A stretch of DNA of 40,457 nucleotides from Patescibacteria group bacterium (GTDB lineage Bacteria; Patescibacteriota; Microgenomatia; JAMCZE01). This document shows, piece by piece, positions 7,174-15,954 of this stretch. The stretch's first letter is position 1. Every line of letters starts with the position of its first letter. The translations under genes were made by a program, and so were the position numbers. The notes under the pieces were generated by a model. That model was given only the letters and a program-made list of their open reading frames with translations, did not search any database and was not told the origin of the DNA. Location of the stretch: contig JAMCRP010000002.1 of NCBI GenBank assembly GCA_023380635.1, positions 1 through 40,457 of the forward strand, read 5' to 3'.

Positions 7174-7686
7174 GATCGCATCCAAGCGTCCACAGCGACG
7201 ATGCGGTTTGGCACCTCGATGTCGGCTCATCCTATCCTGGGGCTGAAGTAGGTCCCAAGGGTCCGGCTGTTCGCCGGTTAAAAGGGTACGCGAGCTGGGT
7301 TCAGAGCGTCGTAAGACAGCTCGGCCTCTATCCAGTATGACCGTTGGAATTTTGAGAGGAGTTCTCCACAGTACGAGAGGACCTGGAGGAACGAATCCCT
7401 GGTGTGCCAGTTGTCCCGTCAGGGGCACCGCTGGGTAGCTACATTCGGATCGGATAAGCGCTGAAAGCATCTAAGTGCCAAGCCGACCTCAAGATTAGAA
7501 TTCCATTCCGGCGCAAGCCGGAGAGAGATCCGTGGAAGACTACCACGTATATAGGCTTCGAGTGTAAGACGGGTAACCGTTTCAGCTTAGAAGTACTAAT
7601 GATCGATTGTAGATTTTTACGCTGTAAAGAAAAACCTTCTATTCGCTTTTCAGAGAGCAATTAATTAGCTCGAGATTAGAAATTTC

Positions 7687-7800
7687 TCGGTCTCTGGAGC
7701 GGTCTGGAACCACTCCTTCCCATTCCGAACAGGGATGTGAAACGGGCCAGCGCTGACAATACTTGAGGGGCAACTCTCTGGGAAGATAAGTCGAGGCCGG
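7687..7800 (+). rRNA. rrf: 5S rRNA
   Basis: Helix I pairs TCGGTCTC with GAGGCCGG. Conserved CCCATTCCGAACAGGGATGTGAAAC and a GGGAAGATAAGTCGAGGCC tail are present. Confidence 0.9.
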
Positions 7801-7826
7801 GGAATTTTTAGCCTCGAGTTTTTTTA
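7791..7826 (+). terminator. rRNA operon terminator overlapping the 5S 3' end
   Basis: TCGAGGC (7791-7797) pairs with GCCTCGA (7811-7817), followed by T7. Confidence 0.6.
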
Positions 7827-7856
7827 TTGGTAATACTGCCATGACATTCGAAGAAC

Positions 7857-8798
7857 TTGTGTTATCATTATCCAGTGAAACTACGCTGGATTTTTTTGTG
7901 CCTAGTTTTGATCACTGCCCCTGTTTTAGTCTGGTTTCGATTTATAGCTCCGGTAGGCTCTGATACAAATTTACAAATAATTTCCTTCCAAAATGACACC
8001 CCGAAACTGCTGGCAGCCAGCAGACTTCGCGAGCAGGGATATGTGCGTAGCAGTACCGCTTTAGAACTAATTTTAGACAAAAACATTGCCGCAGGCGGGT
8101 ATAATCTTTCCAAATCCATGAATGTTTTTGAAATAGCGAAGGCACTGCGAAATCCTGAATACCTGTGGGTGACAGTGGCGCCAGGCATGCGTAAAGAGCA
8201 AATTGCCGAGAAGATGAAGGATAAGTTTAATTGGACACAGGCGGACCTGGATGGGTTTTTAAGCTTTCCGGAGGGAGAATATTTCCCGGATACCTATTTA
8301 ATCAGTAAAACCGACGGGGGAAAGGCGGCAGGTCAGAAAATGTTTGACCACTTTAACGAAAAATTTGCCCCACTGGCGCCGGAGTTTTTAGCGCAAAATA
8401 TTAAAAATGACACGGCCATTAAAATCGCGTCGCTGATACAAAGAGAAGCGGGCGGGAAGGATGACATGCCCTTAATTGCGGGAATTATTTGGAACCGGTT
8501 ACTCAAAGGCATGTTGCTACAGATAGACGCCTCCAACCAGTACGCGAAAGGTTCCAGCGGTAATTGGTGGCCGCCGGTGTATGGCAGCGATTTGAAGGAC
8601 GACAACCCCTACAATCTTTATATCTATAAAGGCTTGCCGCCGACAGCCATTTCAAATCCCGGACTGCCGGCCATCGAGGCCGTCTTAAACCCCACAGAAA
8701 CCGACTGCCTTTTTTACTTGCACGACAAAGCCAAACAAATCCACTGCAGCGTGACTTACGAAGAACATCTGGAGAATATTAAGAAGTATCTGAATTAA
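7857..8798 (+). CDS. mltG: endolytic murein transglycosylase MltG (YceG-like)
   Basis: N-terminal TM helix; GLPPTAISNPGLPAIEAVLNP and FYLHDKAKQIHCSVTYEEHLENIKKY match YceG-family hallmarks. The start is uncertain (TTG 7857 or in-frame GTG 7875). Confidence 0.85.
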   Translation: MCYHYPVKLRWIFLCLVLITAPVLVWFRFIAPVGSDTNLQIISFQNDTPKLLAASRLREQGYVRSSTALELILDKNIAAGGYNLSKSMNVFEIAKALRNPEYLWVTVAPGMRKEQIAEKMKDKFNWTQADLDGFLSFPEGEYFPDTYLISKTDGGKAAGQKMFDHFNEKFAPLAPEFLAQNIKNDTAIKIASLIQREAGGKDDMPLIAGIIWNRLLKGMLLQIDASNQYAKGSSGNWWPPVYGSDLKDDNPYNLYIYKGLPPTAISNPGLPAIEAVLNPTETDCLFYLHDKAKQIHCSVTYEEHLENIKKYLN

Positions 8799-8801
8799 AA
8801 A

Positions 8802-9047
8802 TTATTTCTTTTCTTTTTGATAAGCATCCTCAACGAGAGCTCGGACAAATCCATCGTTGGCTTCGGGAAGAAGCTGTTTAGTGTCAACTAAAATTTCTGA
8901 TCGAGGTCGGCCCGCATCTTTCCACATATGAATGATGTCGGCAGCAGCCAAGATCACTGCCTCATCAATCCGACTGGTAAGAGAGAGACGGATATCTCCC
9001 TGCTGTTTTCTCACGGCCAGATTAAACATTATTTCTTTTGGATTCAT
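8802..9047 (-). CDS. hypothetical 81-aa protein
   Basis: The track ORF 8802-9272 was trimmed to the internal ATG (MNPKEIMFNL...), because its upstream part overlaps the well-supported GT2 gene on the other strand. No motif was recognised. Confidence 0.4.
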   Translation of the reverse strand: MNPKEIMFNLAVRKQQGDIRLSLTSRIDEAVILAAADIIHMWKDAGRPRSEILVDTKQLLPEANDGFVRALVEDAYQKEKK

Positions 9048-9104
9048 GCGATGTATTTTAATTGTTTCAAAGCCCAGAAACAAGTGTTGTGTTAAGATTA
9101 ATTT

Positions 9105-10025
9105 ATGGATGTTTCGGTAGTTATTGTCTCTTTTAATATTAAAGACACGCTCAAACGCTGCCTGGATGCAGTCTTCCAATACACAACCGATCTGGACTAC
9201 GAAGTTATTGTTGTCGACAACGCCAGCACTGACGGGGCGATTGGGATGCTTAAAGACTACGAGAAAAAGCACAAAAATCTAAAAGTCATCTACTCCCGGG
9301 AAAATCTGGGGTTCTCCAAGGGCAATAATTTGGGGATAAAACAGTCGACGGGCAAATATATCCTCCTTTTGAACAACGATGCCGTTCTTTTGGAAAACTC
9401 GGCTAAAAAGATGTTTGGTTGGATGGAAACGCATCGTAATATTGGCGCCGCTTCCTGCCTGCTTGTAGATAGTGAACAGAGAATTTCTCCAATCATGTCG
9501 GCGGGTTTTTTCCCGGGGTTACGGGGTCTTTTTGCCTGGGCATTCTTTCTAGATGATCTTCCGGGAGTAGTCAGGCTCTTTAAACCCTATCATATTCATA
9601 CTAACGGCACGGCATCAATAGATGTTTCTTCTGTGAATACGGATTTAGACTGGATTTCCGGGTCTTTTTTCTTTGTCCGCCGTGAAGTAATAGAAAAAGT
9701 TGGCGTTTTAGACGAAATGATTTTCATGTACGGCGAGGATTTGGACTGGTGTTACCGGATCAAGAAAGCCGGGTGGAAAATCGGCTATAACGGGGAAACC
9801 AAAGTGATTCATATCGGTCAGGCCAGCCAGGACAAAATACCCCGGGGCTATATCCTGGGTGAATTTTCCGGCCTGAAATTCTTTTACGCCAAGCATTTTT
9901 CCGGCTGGCGGCAGGTGGTTTTGGGCACGATTTTGGACGTGGCCGCTTTTAACCGGGTCGTTTTTTGGCTGGTGCGTTTGAAGCCGCAAACGGCGAAAAT
10001 TTACGCGGAGGCGCTCCTAAAATGA
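9105..10025 (+). CDS. family 2 glycosyltransferase
   Basis: VSVVIVSFNIKDTLKRCLDAVF...EVIVVDNASTDG...NLGFSKGNNLG...LLLNNDAVL is a canonical GT2 (GT-A) N-terminal domain. Confidence 0.9.
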   Translation: MDVSVVIVSFNIKDTLKRCLDAVFQYTTDLDYEVIVVDNASTDGAIGMLKDYEKKHKNLKVIYSRENLGFSKGNNLGIKQSTGKYILLLNNDAVLLENSAKKMFGWMETHRNIGAASCLLVDSEQRISPIMSAGFFPGLRGLFAWAFFLDDLPGVVRLFKPYHIHTNGTASIDVSSVNTDLDWISGSFFFVRREVIEKVGVLDEMIFMYGEDLDWCYRIKKAGWKIGYNGETKVIHIGQASQDKIPRGYILGEFSGLKFFYAKHFSGWRQVVLGTILDVAAFNRVVFWLVRLKPQTAKIYAEALLK

Positions 10026-10900
10026 TTAGTATTGTTATTCCCAATTACAATTCCGGAGAGCTGCTCAAGAAAAACTTGCCAAAGTTGGTTGAGATTTTAA
10101 AGAAAACAGAACTCGATTTTGAAATCATCGTTTCCGATGATTGTTCGACAGACGAATCTCTAAACATTTTAAGAAACTTCAGCCATTTAAGTAACTTAAG
10201 AATCTTAAGTTCAGAAACCAATATCGGTTTTGGAGGTAATGTCGATCGGGGGATTAGGGCGGCTAAAGGGGAAATTGTTTTTATTCTTAATGCCATCGAC
10301 GCCCTGCCGGAAAAGCCCGATTATTTCCAATTAATGTTGGCGCACTTTGAGGATCCGAAGATATTTTCAGTGGCGGCGGCTAAAAAAGATGAGATGATCC
10401 ATGGTTGCGGTGAGGTTTATTTCCGGAAGGGTTTTTATTTGCACCGGCACAAGGAAAATAGCCAGTTTACCGATTGGGCCGATGGTGGGGCGCAGGCAAT
10501 CAGGAAGGAATATTACTTAAAAATCGGCGGCTTTGATCCCATTTATAACTTTTATTGGGAAGATGTCGATCTGGGATTTCGGGCTCGGCAAGCGGGCTAC
10601 AAAATTATTTACGAACCGAAAGCCGTCCTGATTCACCGTAAAGAAGAGGGGCCAATTGCCAGGCGCTACAGCGAAAAGGAAAGATATGTCATGAATTTGC
10701 GCAACCAGTTCATTTTCACCTGGAAAAACGCCGATTGGAAACATCTGCTGCTATACGACTTGTGGGAACCGTATTATCTACTTATAGCGATTAAGAACCG
10801 CAACTGGCTCTGGTTTAAAGCCTACGCCCAGGCTTTTTGGCGTTGGCCAGAGATTGTCCGGAAGCGCTGGGAACAGAAAAAGCTGACTATTGCGAAATAG
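10022..10900 (+). CDS. family 2 glycosyltransferase
   Basis: ISIVIPNYNSGELL...EIIVSDDCSTDES...FGGNVDRG...YWEDVDLGFRARQAGYKI. Its ATG overlaps the upstream TGA (ATGA), so the track start at 9965 was trimmed. Confidence 0.85.
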   Translation: MISIVIPNYNSGELLKKNLPKLVEILKKTELDFEIIVSDDCSTDESLNILRNFSHLSNLRILSSETNIGFGGNVDRGIRAAKGEIVFILNAIDALPEKPDYFQLMLAHFEDPKIFSVAAAKKDEMIHGCGEVYFRKGFYLHRHKENSQFTDWADGGAQAIRKEYYLKIGGFDPIYNFYWEDVDLGFRARQAGYKIIYEPKAVLIHRKEEGPIARRYSEKERYVMNLRNQFIFTWKNADWKHLLLYDLWEPYYLLIAIKNRNWLWFKAYAQAFWRWPEIVRKRWEQKKLTIAK

Positions 10901-10950
10901 GAATAAATCGGGTATCATCAATTTAATCCATAGAAAGGAAGTGTTTATGA

Positions 10951-12105
10951 TTGACCAGCTCAAAAAGCTCATCGAAAGCCTCAAAAAAGCCCTCGGCCTC
11001 TAAAGACGAGCGTAAAGCGTCTAGCGTTAAGCGTCAAGAAAAAGAGCCCACCACTATGGAGGAGCTCTTGGCCTTGGAGCAATTTGCCCCTAAAGGCTAC
11101 AAACGCGGCGATGTCGTGGAAGGGCGCGTTTCCTCAATCTCCGGTAAAGAAGTTTTAATTGACTTTGGCGGCAAGATGGAAGGTGTCGTCGGAGAAAAAG
11201 AGTGGGATATCGTCAAAGACTTCGTTTCTAAATTAAAGCCTGGTGATAAAATAACCGCCGTTGTCATTTCCGCAGAAAACGACCGCGGCCAGATGATCGT
11301 TTCCATCCGCCAGGCCGGTTCCAAGTTCCGTTGGCAGCGGGCTAACGAACTACTTAAATCTAGCGAACCGGTTAATGTTAAAGGAGTCGAGACCAACAAG
11401 GGCGGCTTAATTGTCGAATTTGAAGGCATCCGGGGCTTTGTTCCGGGTTCCCAATTAACTCCGGAACACCAGAGCGAAATCGCCAAAATGATTAATCGGA
11501 ACCTTAGCGTAAAAGTGATCGAAGTCGACCAAAGCCAAAACCGCTTAATTTTTAGCGAAAAAGCAGTGGCCGGAGCAGCAGATTTAGCCAAGAAGCTTGA
11601 AGAAGTTAAATCTAAAGTAAAAATCGGCGAGAAATATCAAGGCAAGGTTTCGGCTGTCATGTCCTACGGAATATTCGTTAATCTTGATAACGGCACCGAC
11701 GGCCTGGTTCATATCAGCGAAATTTCCTGGACTAAAGTCGAAAACTTGGCCGATTTGTTTAAAGTCGGAGACGCAGTCGAAGTCATGGTGCTGGGTATTT
11801 CCGAAACCGACGCCAAATTAAATCTGTCAATCAAACAGCTTTTGCCTGATCCCTGGCTGAAATTATCCAAGAAATACACGGCGGACCAGGAAATCAAAGG
11901 CAAAGTTACCCGGGTCAGTAATTACGGCGTTTTTGTTCAGTTGGAAGAAGGCGTAGAAGGCTTAATCCACATTTCCAAAGTTCCGGCTGACGCTGCTTAC
12001 GAAGCAGGTGACAAGGTTGCCTGCACGATTGAAAGTATCGATTCCGTGGCGCACAGGATCTCCTTAATTCCGGTTTTGACAGCGAAACCCATTGGCTACA
12101 AATAA
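10951..12105 (+). CDS. rpsA: 30S ribosomal protein S1 (four S1 domains)
   Basis: Four repeats of the GxxVxGxV...GxxVxxxxGxxGxxHxSE type, for example GKVSAVMSYGIFVNLDNGTDGLVHISEISW. A K/S-rich N-terminal tail is present. AAGGAAG lies upstream; the start is uncertain (TTG 10951 or ATG 11056). Confidence 0.85.
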   Translation: MTSSKSSSKASKKPSASKDERKASSVKRQEKEPTTMEELLALEQFAPKGYKRGDVVEGRVSSISGKEVLIDFGGKMEGVVGEKEWDIVKDFVSKLKPGDKITAVVISAENDRGQMIVSIRQAGSKFRWQRANELLKSSEPVNVKGVETNKGGLIVEFEGIRGFVPGSQLTPEHQSEIAKMINRNLSVKVIEVDQSQNRLIFSEKAVAGAADLAKKLEEVKSKVKIGEKYQGKVSAVMSYGIFVNLDNGTDGLVHISEISWTKVENLADLFKVGDAVEVMVLGISETDAKLNLSIKQLLPDPWLKLSKKYTADQEIKGKVTRVSNYGVFVQLEEGVEGLIHISKVPADAAYEAGDKVACTIESIDSVAHRISLIPVLTAKPIGYK

Positions 12106-12108
12106 GCC

Positions 12109-12375
12109 ATGTCTGAAGAAGAAACAATCCAATGCAGGACGTTTGCCCACGGGTTTTCCTTTTCGGAGAAGGATTACGCAGCGCTAAAGATTCAGCTGGC
12201 TCGTAATCCAGAGATCGGGGAAAGATTTAGAATTATCGCTTCGGTTCGAATCGACAGTGTCGATGGCGAGAAAAGAGCTCGGGTTAGGCCCCGTGAGGTA
12301 GAGATCGGAGACCTGCATGAACTACTGGAACAATTTGGCGTCCAGATTCTCATGGTAAGGAGAAAAAGAAAATAA
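12109..12375 (+). CDS. hypothetical 88-aa protein
   Basis: The ATG lies 3 nt after the rpsA stop. No motif was recognised. Confidence 0.5.
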   Translation: MSEEETIQCRTFAHGFSFSEKDYAALKIQLARNPEIGERFRIIASVRIDSVDGEKRARVRPREVEIGDLHELLEQFGVQILMVRRKRK

Positions 12376-12415
12376 ATAAACCCCCAAAAAGTAATAGAGT
12401 ATAATTGCCCTATAA

Positions 12416-13705
12416 ATGGCTAAAGTTTCTTCGGATTTTGTCTGTCAGCAATGCGGCTATGTGTCCCCGCAATACTTGGGCAAATGTCCCAACTGTGGAG
12501 AGTGGAATACCTTCGTCGAGACTGTGGTTTCGACAAAAATTCCAAAATCCAAATTCCAAATTCCAAGCCAAAAACCAATAAAGTTATCTGATGTTAAGGC
12601 AGCGCAGACGACGAGAATAAATACGGGGATCTCCGAATTAGACATGGTGTTGGGCGGCGGGATTGTGCCGGGGATGGCGGTTCTTCTTTCCGGCGAACCG
12701 GGGATTGGGAAATCAACTTTACTCCTCGAATTAGCCTCAAAGACCAAGGGTGCAGTTCTCTATGTCGCCGGAGAAGAAAGCGCGTCACAAATTAAAATCC
12801 GGGCCTCGAGACTCGGTATAAAGGCAGATAATCTGTTAATTTTAGAGACAACGGATGTGGATGCTGCCTGTGCAGTTATTGACCAGCGCGTCGGTTTGGT
12901 GATTGTGGATTCAGTGCAAACCTTAAGTACGACTGACCTTTCGGGCACTGCCGGTTCGGTGGGTCAGGTGCGCGAGTCCGCCGCCAGATTAATCGCCACG
13001 ACAAAGCCCTTAAATATTCCGCTGTTTTTGGTGGGTCATGTGACCAAAGAGGGAACCATTGCCGGACCGAAGGTTTTGGAGCACGCCGTCGATACGATTC
13101 TCAACTTAGAGGGAGAAAAGTATACACAATTAAGGCTTTTGCGTACTACCAAAAATAGATTCGGCCCTACAGACGAGGTAGGGATATTTCAAATGACCGA
13201 TAGCGGTATGGAACCGACAAAAGATTTCCACGGATTGGTAGTGGATGAACACCGATCAAGCGAACCAGGCAGTTGTCTGACGATAACCATGGAAGGCACC
13301 CGGCCGATGCTGGCCGAGATCCAGGCTTTGGTAACCAGCACTCCTTTGCCCATGCCGCGGCGGGTTGCCTCCGGCATCAACTATAACCGTCTGCAAACGA
13401 TCATTGCGATCCTGCAGAAGCGCCTCTCCGTACCATTATATAAAGAGGATGTCTATGTTTCCGTGGCCGGAGGCTTAAAAATAGAGGAGCCGGCAATTGA
13501 TCTGGCTGTCGCCCTGGCGATTATGTCTTCCTACAAAAACAAGGCGATTACGGCCAATACCGTTGCCATCGGGGAGTTGGATCTTCTGGGTAATGTCCGC
13601 CGGGTTAATTCGCTGGAGCGAAGAATTAAAGAAGCCAAGAAACTAGGTTTTAATAAGATTATCTCTGCCGAGACCTTGGCTTCTCTGGCCGCATGGGCAA
13701 AATAG
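12416..13705 (+). CDS. radA: DNA repair protein RadA/Sms
   Basis: Zinc finger CQQCGYVSPQYLGKCPNCGEWNTF, Walker A GEPGIGKST, the KNRFG motif and a Lon-like C-terminal domain. Confidence 0.92.
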   Translation: MAKVSSDFVCQQCGYVSPQYLGKCPNCGEWNTFVETVVSTKIPKSKFQIPSQKPIKLSDVKAAQTTRINTGISELDMVLGGGIVPGMAVLLSGEPGIGKSTLLLELASKTKGAVLYVAGEESASQIKIRASRLGIKADNLLILETTDVDAACAVIDQRVGLVIVDSVQTLSTTDLSGTAGSVGQVRESAARLIATTKPLNIPLFLVGHVTKEGTIAGPKVLEHAVDTILNLEGEKYTQLRLLRTTKNRFGPTDEVGIFQMTDSGMEPTKDFHGLVVDEHRSSEPGSCLTITMEGTRPMLAEIQALVTSTPLPMPRRVASGINYNRLQTIIAILQKRLSVPLYKEDVYVSVAGGLKIEEPAIDLAVALAIMSSYKNKAITANTVAIGELDLLGNVRRVNSLERRIKEAKKLGFNKIISAETLASLAAWAK

Positions 13706-14462
13706 AAACTTCAGCTTCGTAAGCAAAAGTGGGCTCGGCGAATGGCTCCTGATATTTCTCACGATAGTCGGCAATCACTTTAATCAGTTCAATTTCTTCC
13801 GGGCTGGGCGGACCGAGGCGGTCACAAAGAGTTAGGATAATCGTTTCCAGATCAACCGGGCCGGACCGGTAGAGCCGCGGTTCCCAACCGGCGGAAAAAT
13901 GGTCGATAAGCGTCATCAGGCGAACAACAAAACGGGAATAACCATCGAGGCTGGCCCAAACCTTCTCGCTGCCGCCATAACTAAGATTCTTGTTTGGTGA
14001 GAAATGATGAAGGTAGGCCATTAATCTGATAATTTCGGCATCTTCGGGGGGCATGGCCAGGTCATGGCTGCTTAAAGCTTCAAAACCGACCCGCGGATGC
14101 TCTTTTTTAACTTGTTCTTCTCCGGCCGTGAGTGGCCCCGGTTTTTCCACGACAGCTAAGATCCTTTCCTCACCCTTGCCGGTGTCATGGGCCCAGGCAC
14201 CAATGGTTAAGAGGCCCAGGGTGCGGTCGTCAAGAAATTCCTGACAACGCTGGAGAACGCCTTCATGAGAAATAAAAGCGCTAATGCCTTGAATATGCCG
14301 CCGGCTTTGGGGGGAATTTTTCCATTGATTCTCAAGAAGTTTCAAAGCCCGGACATTGCCGTTAAGCCGCTGGACGAGTTGGTCGGGAAGCCTGGTGTTG
14401 TTGAATAATTGCTCCCGGGCGCTGGTGTTCTCCTCATTTCTCACGCCTTCCAGCGTAAACAT
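13659..14462 (-). CDS. HD-domain phosphohydrolase
   Basis: GAWAHDTGKGEE...LTAGEEQVKKEHPRVGFEAL matches the HD / HD-GYP-type pattern LHDxGK...H. Its 3' end overlaps radA by 47 nt (convergent). Confidence 0.75.
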   Translation of the reverse strand: MFTLEGVRNEENTSAREQLFNNTRLPDQLVQRLNGNVRALKLLENQWKNSPQSRRHIQGISAFISHEGVLQRCQEFLDDRTLGLLTIGAWAHDTGKGEERILAVVEKPGPLTAGEEQVKKEHPRVGFEALSSHDLAMPPEDAEIIRLMAYLHHFSPNKNLSYGGSEKVWASLDGYSRFVVRLMTLIDHFSAGWEPRLYRSGPVDLETIILTLCDRLGPPSPEEIELIKVIADYREKYQEPFAEPTFAYEAEVSILPMRPEKPRSRQR

Positions 14463-14637
14463 GAAATGTAAGAAATCAACATAAGAAGGGTTAAGTTTTT
14501 ACTAGAAATTTGATCCACTATTTGTCCACATTTAGAAATTAGTAATTAGTAATCAGAAATTTGCTGTTGTGAGGCTCTCCCCTTATTTATATAACTATAG
14601 GTATATCCTAGAGTAGCGGAGCAAAATACTATCGGAC

Positions 14638-14665
14638 TTGACAGAAGCGATAGCAGTGCTATATT
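14638..14665 (+). promoter_or_regulatory. sigma70 promoter TTGACA-N16-TATATT (extended -10 TGc)
   Basis: TTGACA 14638-14643 and TGCTATATT 14657-14665; an ATG follows 7 nt after the -10. Confidence 0.55.
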
Positions 14666-14672
14666 AAGAACA

Positions 14673-14828
14673 ATGTCCAGTAAAGCGAACATCCTCAAAA
14701 AGTTTCGCCGGTTTTTGCGCCGGGTGGAAGCCAGGCGGGAAACTCCTCTGCGTTCTTCGTTGTCGGTTCAAGTCGGTAAGCTTCTTAAAGAGCGCGGCGC
14801 GGAGATTATCACCATGACGACGCTATGA
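14673..14828 (+). CDS. 51-aa basic peptide, apparently leaderless (below track cutoff)
   Basis: MSSKANILKKFRRFLRRVEARRETPLRSSLSVQVGKLLKERGAEIITMTTL*. The ATG sits at the predicted transcription start. Confidence 0.35.
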   Translation: MSSKANILKKFRRFLRRVEARRETPLRSSLSVQVGKLLKERGAEIITMTTL

Positions 14829-15228
14829 GAATTAGCAAAGAGACAGACCAACAAAAAAGCATCACTTCCGCAGCCTGAGATCTCGAAAAGTGATGCTTCT
14901 TAGCAAAGATTCTTGGCCCTTAGGCAGTAAAGGCCGAGAACCTATGGCAACAAACTAACACGGGTGCGTGAAAGTTGTCAAGTTTTTTTTCACGCACGGT
15001 TTATAGATTTTGGATTGTTAAACGGGAGAAAAAATAGGAGAAAATTTTGGTTGGTAAAGTGGAGGTTCGGGACTAGGGCAGGGTTCCGAATCTCCACCTT
15101 GCCAATCAGGGTCCTAAGTATTTTCACTATCTCCGTTCTTATCTTACCCTAGAGTTTCCCCATTCTTAAACTCCGGCAGGCAATTTATAAAAGCAATGTA
15201 AGAACATGGCAAAACGGCCTTAGAGTTA

Positions 15229-15257
15229 TTGACAAAGGCTAGTCTTCTTCATAAAAT
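15229..15257 (+). promoter_or_regulatory. sigma70 promoter TTGACA-N17-TAAAAT
   Basis: TTGACA 15229-15234 is the TTG the ORF track used as a start. TAAAAT lies at 15252-15257, then 7 nt to ATG 15265. Confidence 0.6.
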
Positions 15258-15264
15258 CCGGCTA

Positions 15265-15954
15265 ATGAAGAAGATAATTATTTTATATCTTCTTGTCTTC
15301 CTGGTAGCGTTAATTTCCCGCCCGATTTTCGCCAGCGTTTCCTGTACGACGCAATATGGCGGGGGACAAACCTGTGTTTCTACCGGCGAACTATTAGTTA
15401 ATAAAAAAGTTTTCGATCCGGTTTCCCAGACTTTTGTCGATAATTTGGGCCGGACCGATCATGTTTTTGCCATCGGGGAGGAAGTGACTTTTTCCATTGA
15501 AGTGAAAAATGTCGGCGACGCACCGGTTAATGACATCACAGTGACCGATACTTTACCTAACTTCTTGACCTGGACCGGCGGCGATCCGCTGGTCTCAACG
15601 ATCAGTAGCCTGGGAGCCGGGGAAAGCGTGACGAAAACGATCCGGACTAAAGTTGTCAGTACTTTCGGCTCCGGCGTGGTTTGCGCCAATAATTTGGCTT
15701 CGGTTGAGGCAACCATTACTTCTACCAGCACCGCGACGGCTCCGGTTTCCGATCCGCAAACCGACACGGCGCAACTTTGTGTCAATTTGCCGACAGCGGC
15801 TCCGACGGTCGTCACGCCAACACCAACTCCACCGGTAACTCCGCCCACCGGACCTTCCGATTGGCTACTGCTACTTTCTTCTCCTGCCTGGCTCGGTGGA
15901 ATCGGGTTTTATCTAAAAAAGCTTGGTTCTAAAAAGGGGGGTGAGAATAAATAA
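15265..15954 (+). CDS. secreted DUF11 (conserved repeat domain) surface protein with C-terminal anchor
   Basis: Signal peptide MKKIIILYLLVFLVALISRPIFA; DUF11-like EEVTFSIEVKNVGDAPVNDITVTDTLPNF; PT-rich linker TPTPTPPVTPPTGP; then a hydrophobic segment plus the basic tail KKLGSKK. Confidence 0.8.
   Translation: MKKIIILYLLVFLVALISRPIFASVSCTTQYGGGQTCVSTGELLVNKKVFDPVSQTFVDNLGRTDHVFAIGEEVTFSIEVKNVGDAPVNDITVTDTLPNFLTWTGGDPLVSTISSLGAGESVTKTIRTKVVSTFGSGVVCANNLASVEATITSTSTATAPVSDPQTDTAQLCVNLPTAAPTVVTPTPTPPVTPPTGPSDWLLLLSSPAWLGGIGFYLKKLGSKKGGENK

Noticed and set aside
9048-9272. N-terminal 75 codons of the minus-strand ORF 8802-9272.
   Set aside because: They are antisense to the strongly supported GT2 gene starting at 9105, so the ORF was trimmed to the internal ATG at 9047.
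10023-10025. Possibility of an alternative genetic code (UGA sense, as in some CPR lineages).
   Set aside because: TGA terminates well-conserved genes at the expected protein ends (GT2 at 10023-10025, atpA at 33100-33102). No conserved gene needs read-through, so the standard bacterial code fits.
13659-13705. Two convergent gene pairs (radA/HD at 13659-13705 and GT-C/71-aa at 19648-19694) both overlap by exactly 47 nt.
   Set aside because: The two overlap regions share no sequence similarity or common hairpin, so this is treated as coincidence. It may also indicate that one short partner (19648-19863) is over-called.
15059-15098. GGTTCCGAATCTCCACC looked like a tRNA/tmRNA T-arm plus acceptor 3' end.
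   Set aside because: It is the 3' arm of a simple 15-bp hairpin whose 5' arm is only 8 nt away. It has no T-stem, no CCA and no tag-ORF or distant 5' acceptor partner.
15229-15264. TTG at 15229 as the start of the DUF11 protein (track ORF).
   Set aside because: TTGACA here is the -35 box of a TTGACA-N17-TAAAAT promoter. The signal peptide begins at ATG 15265.
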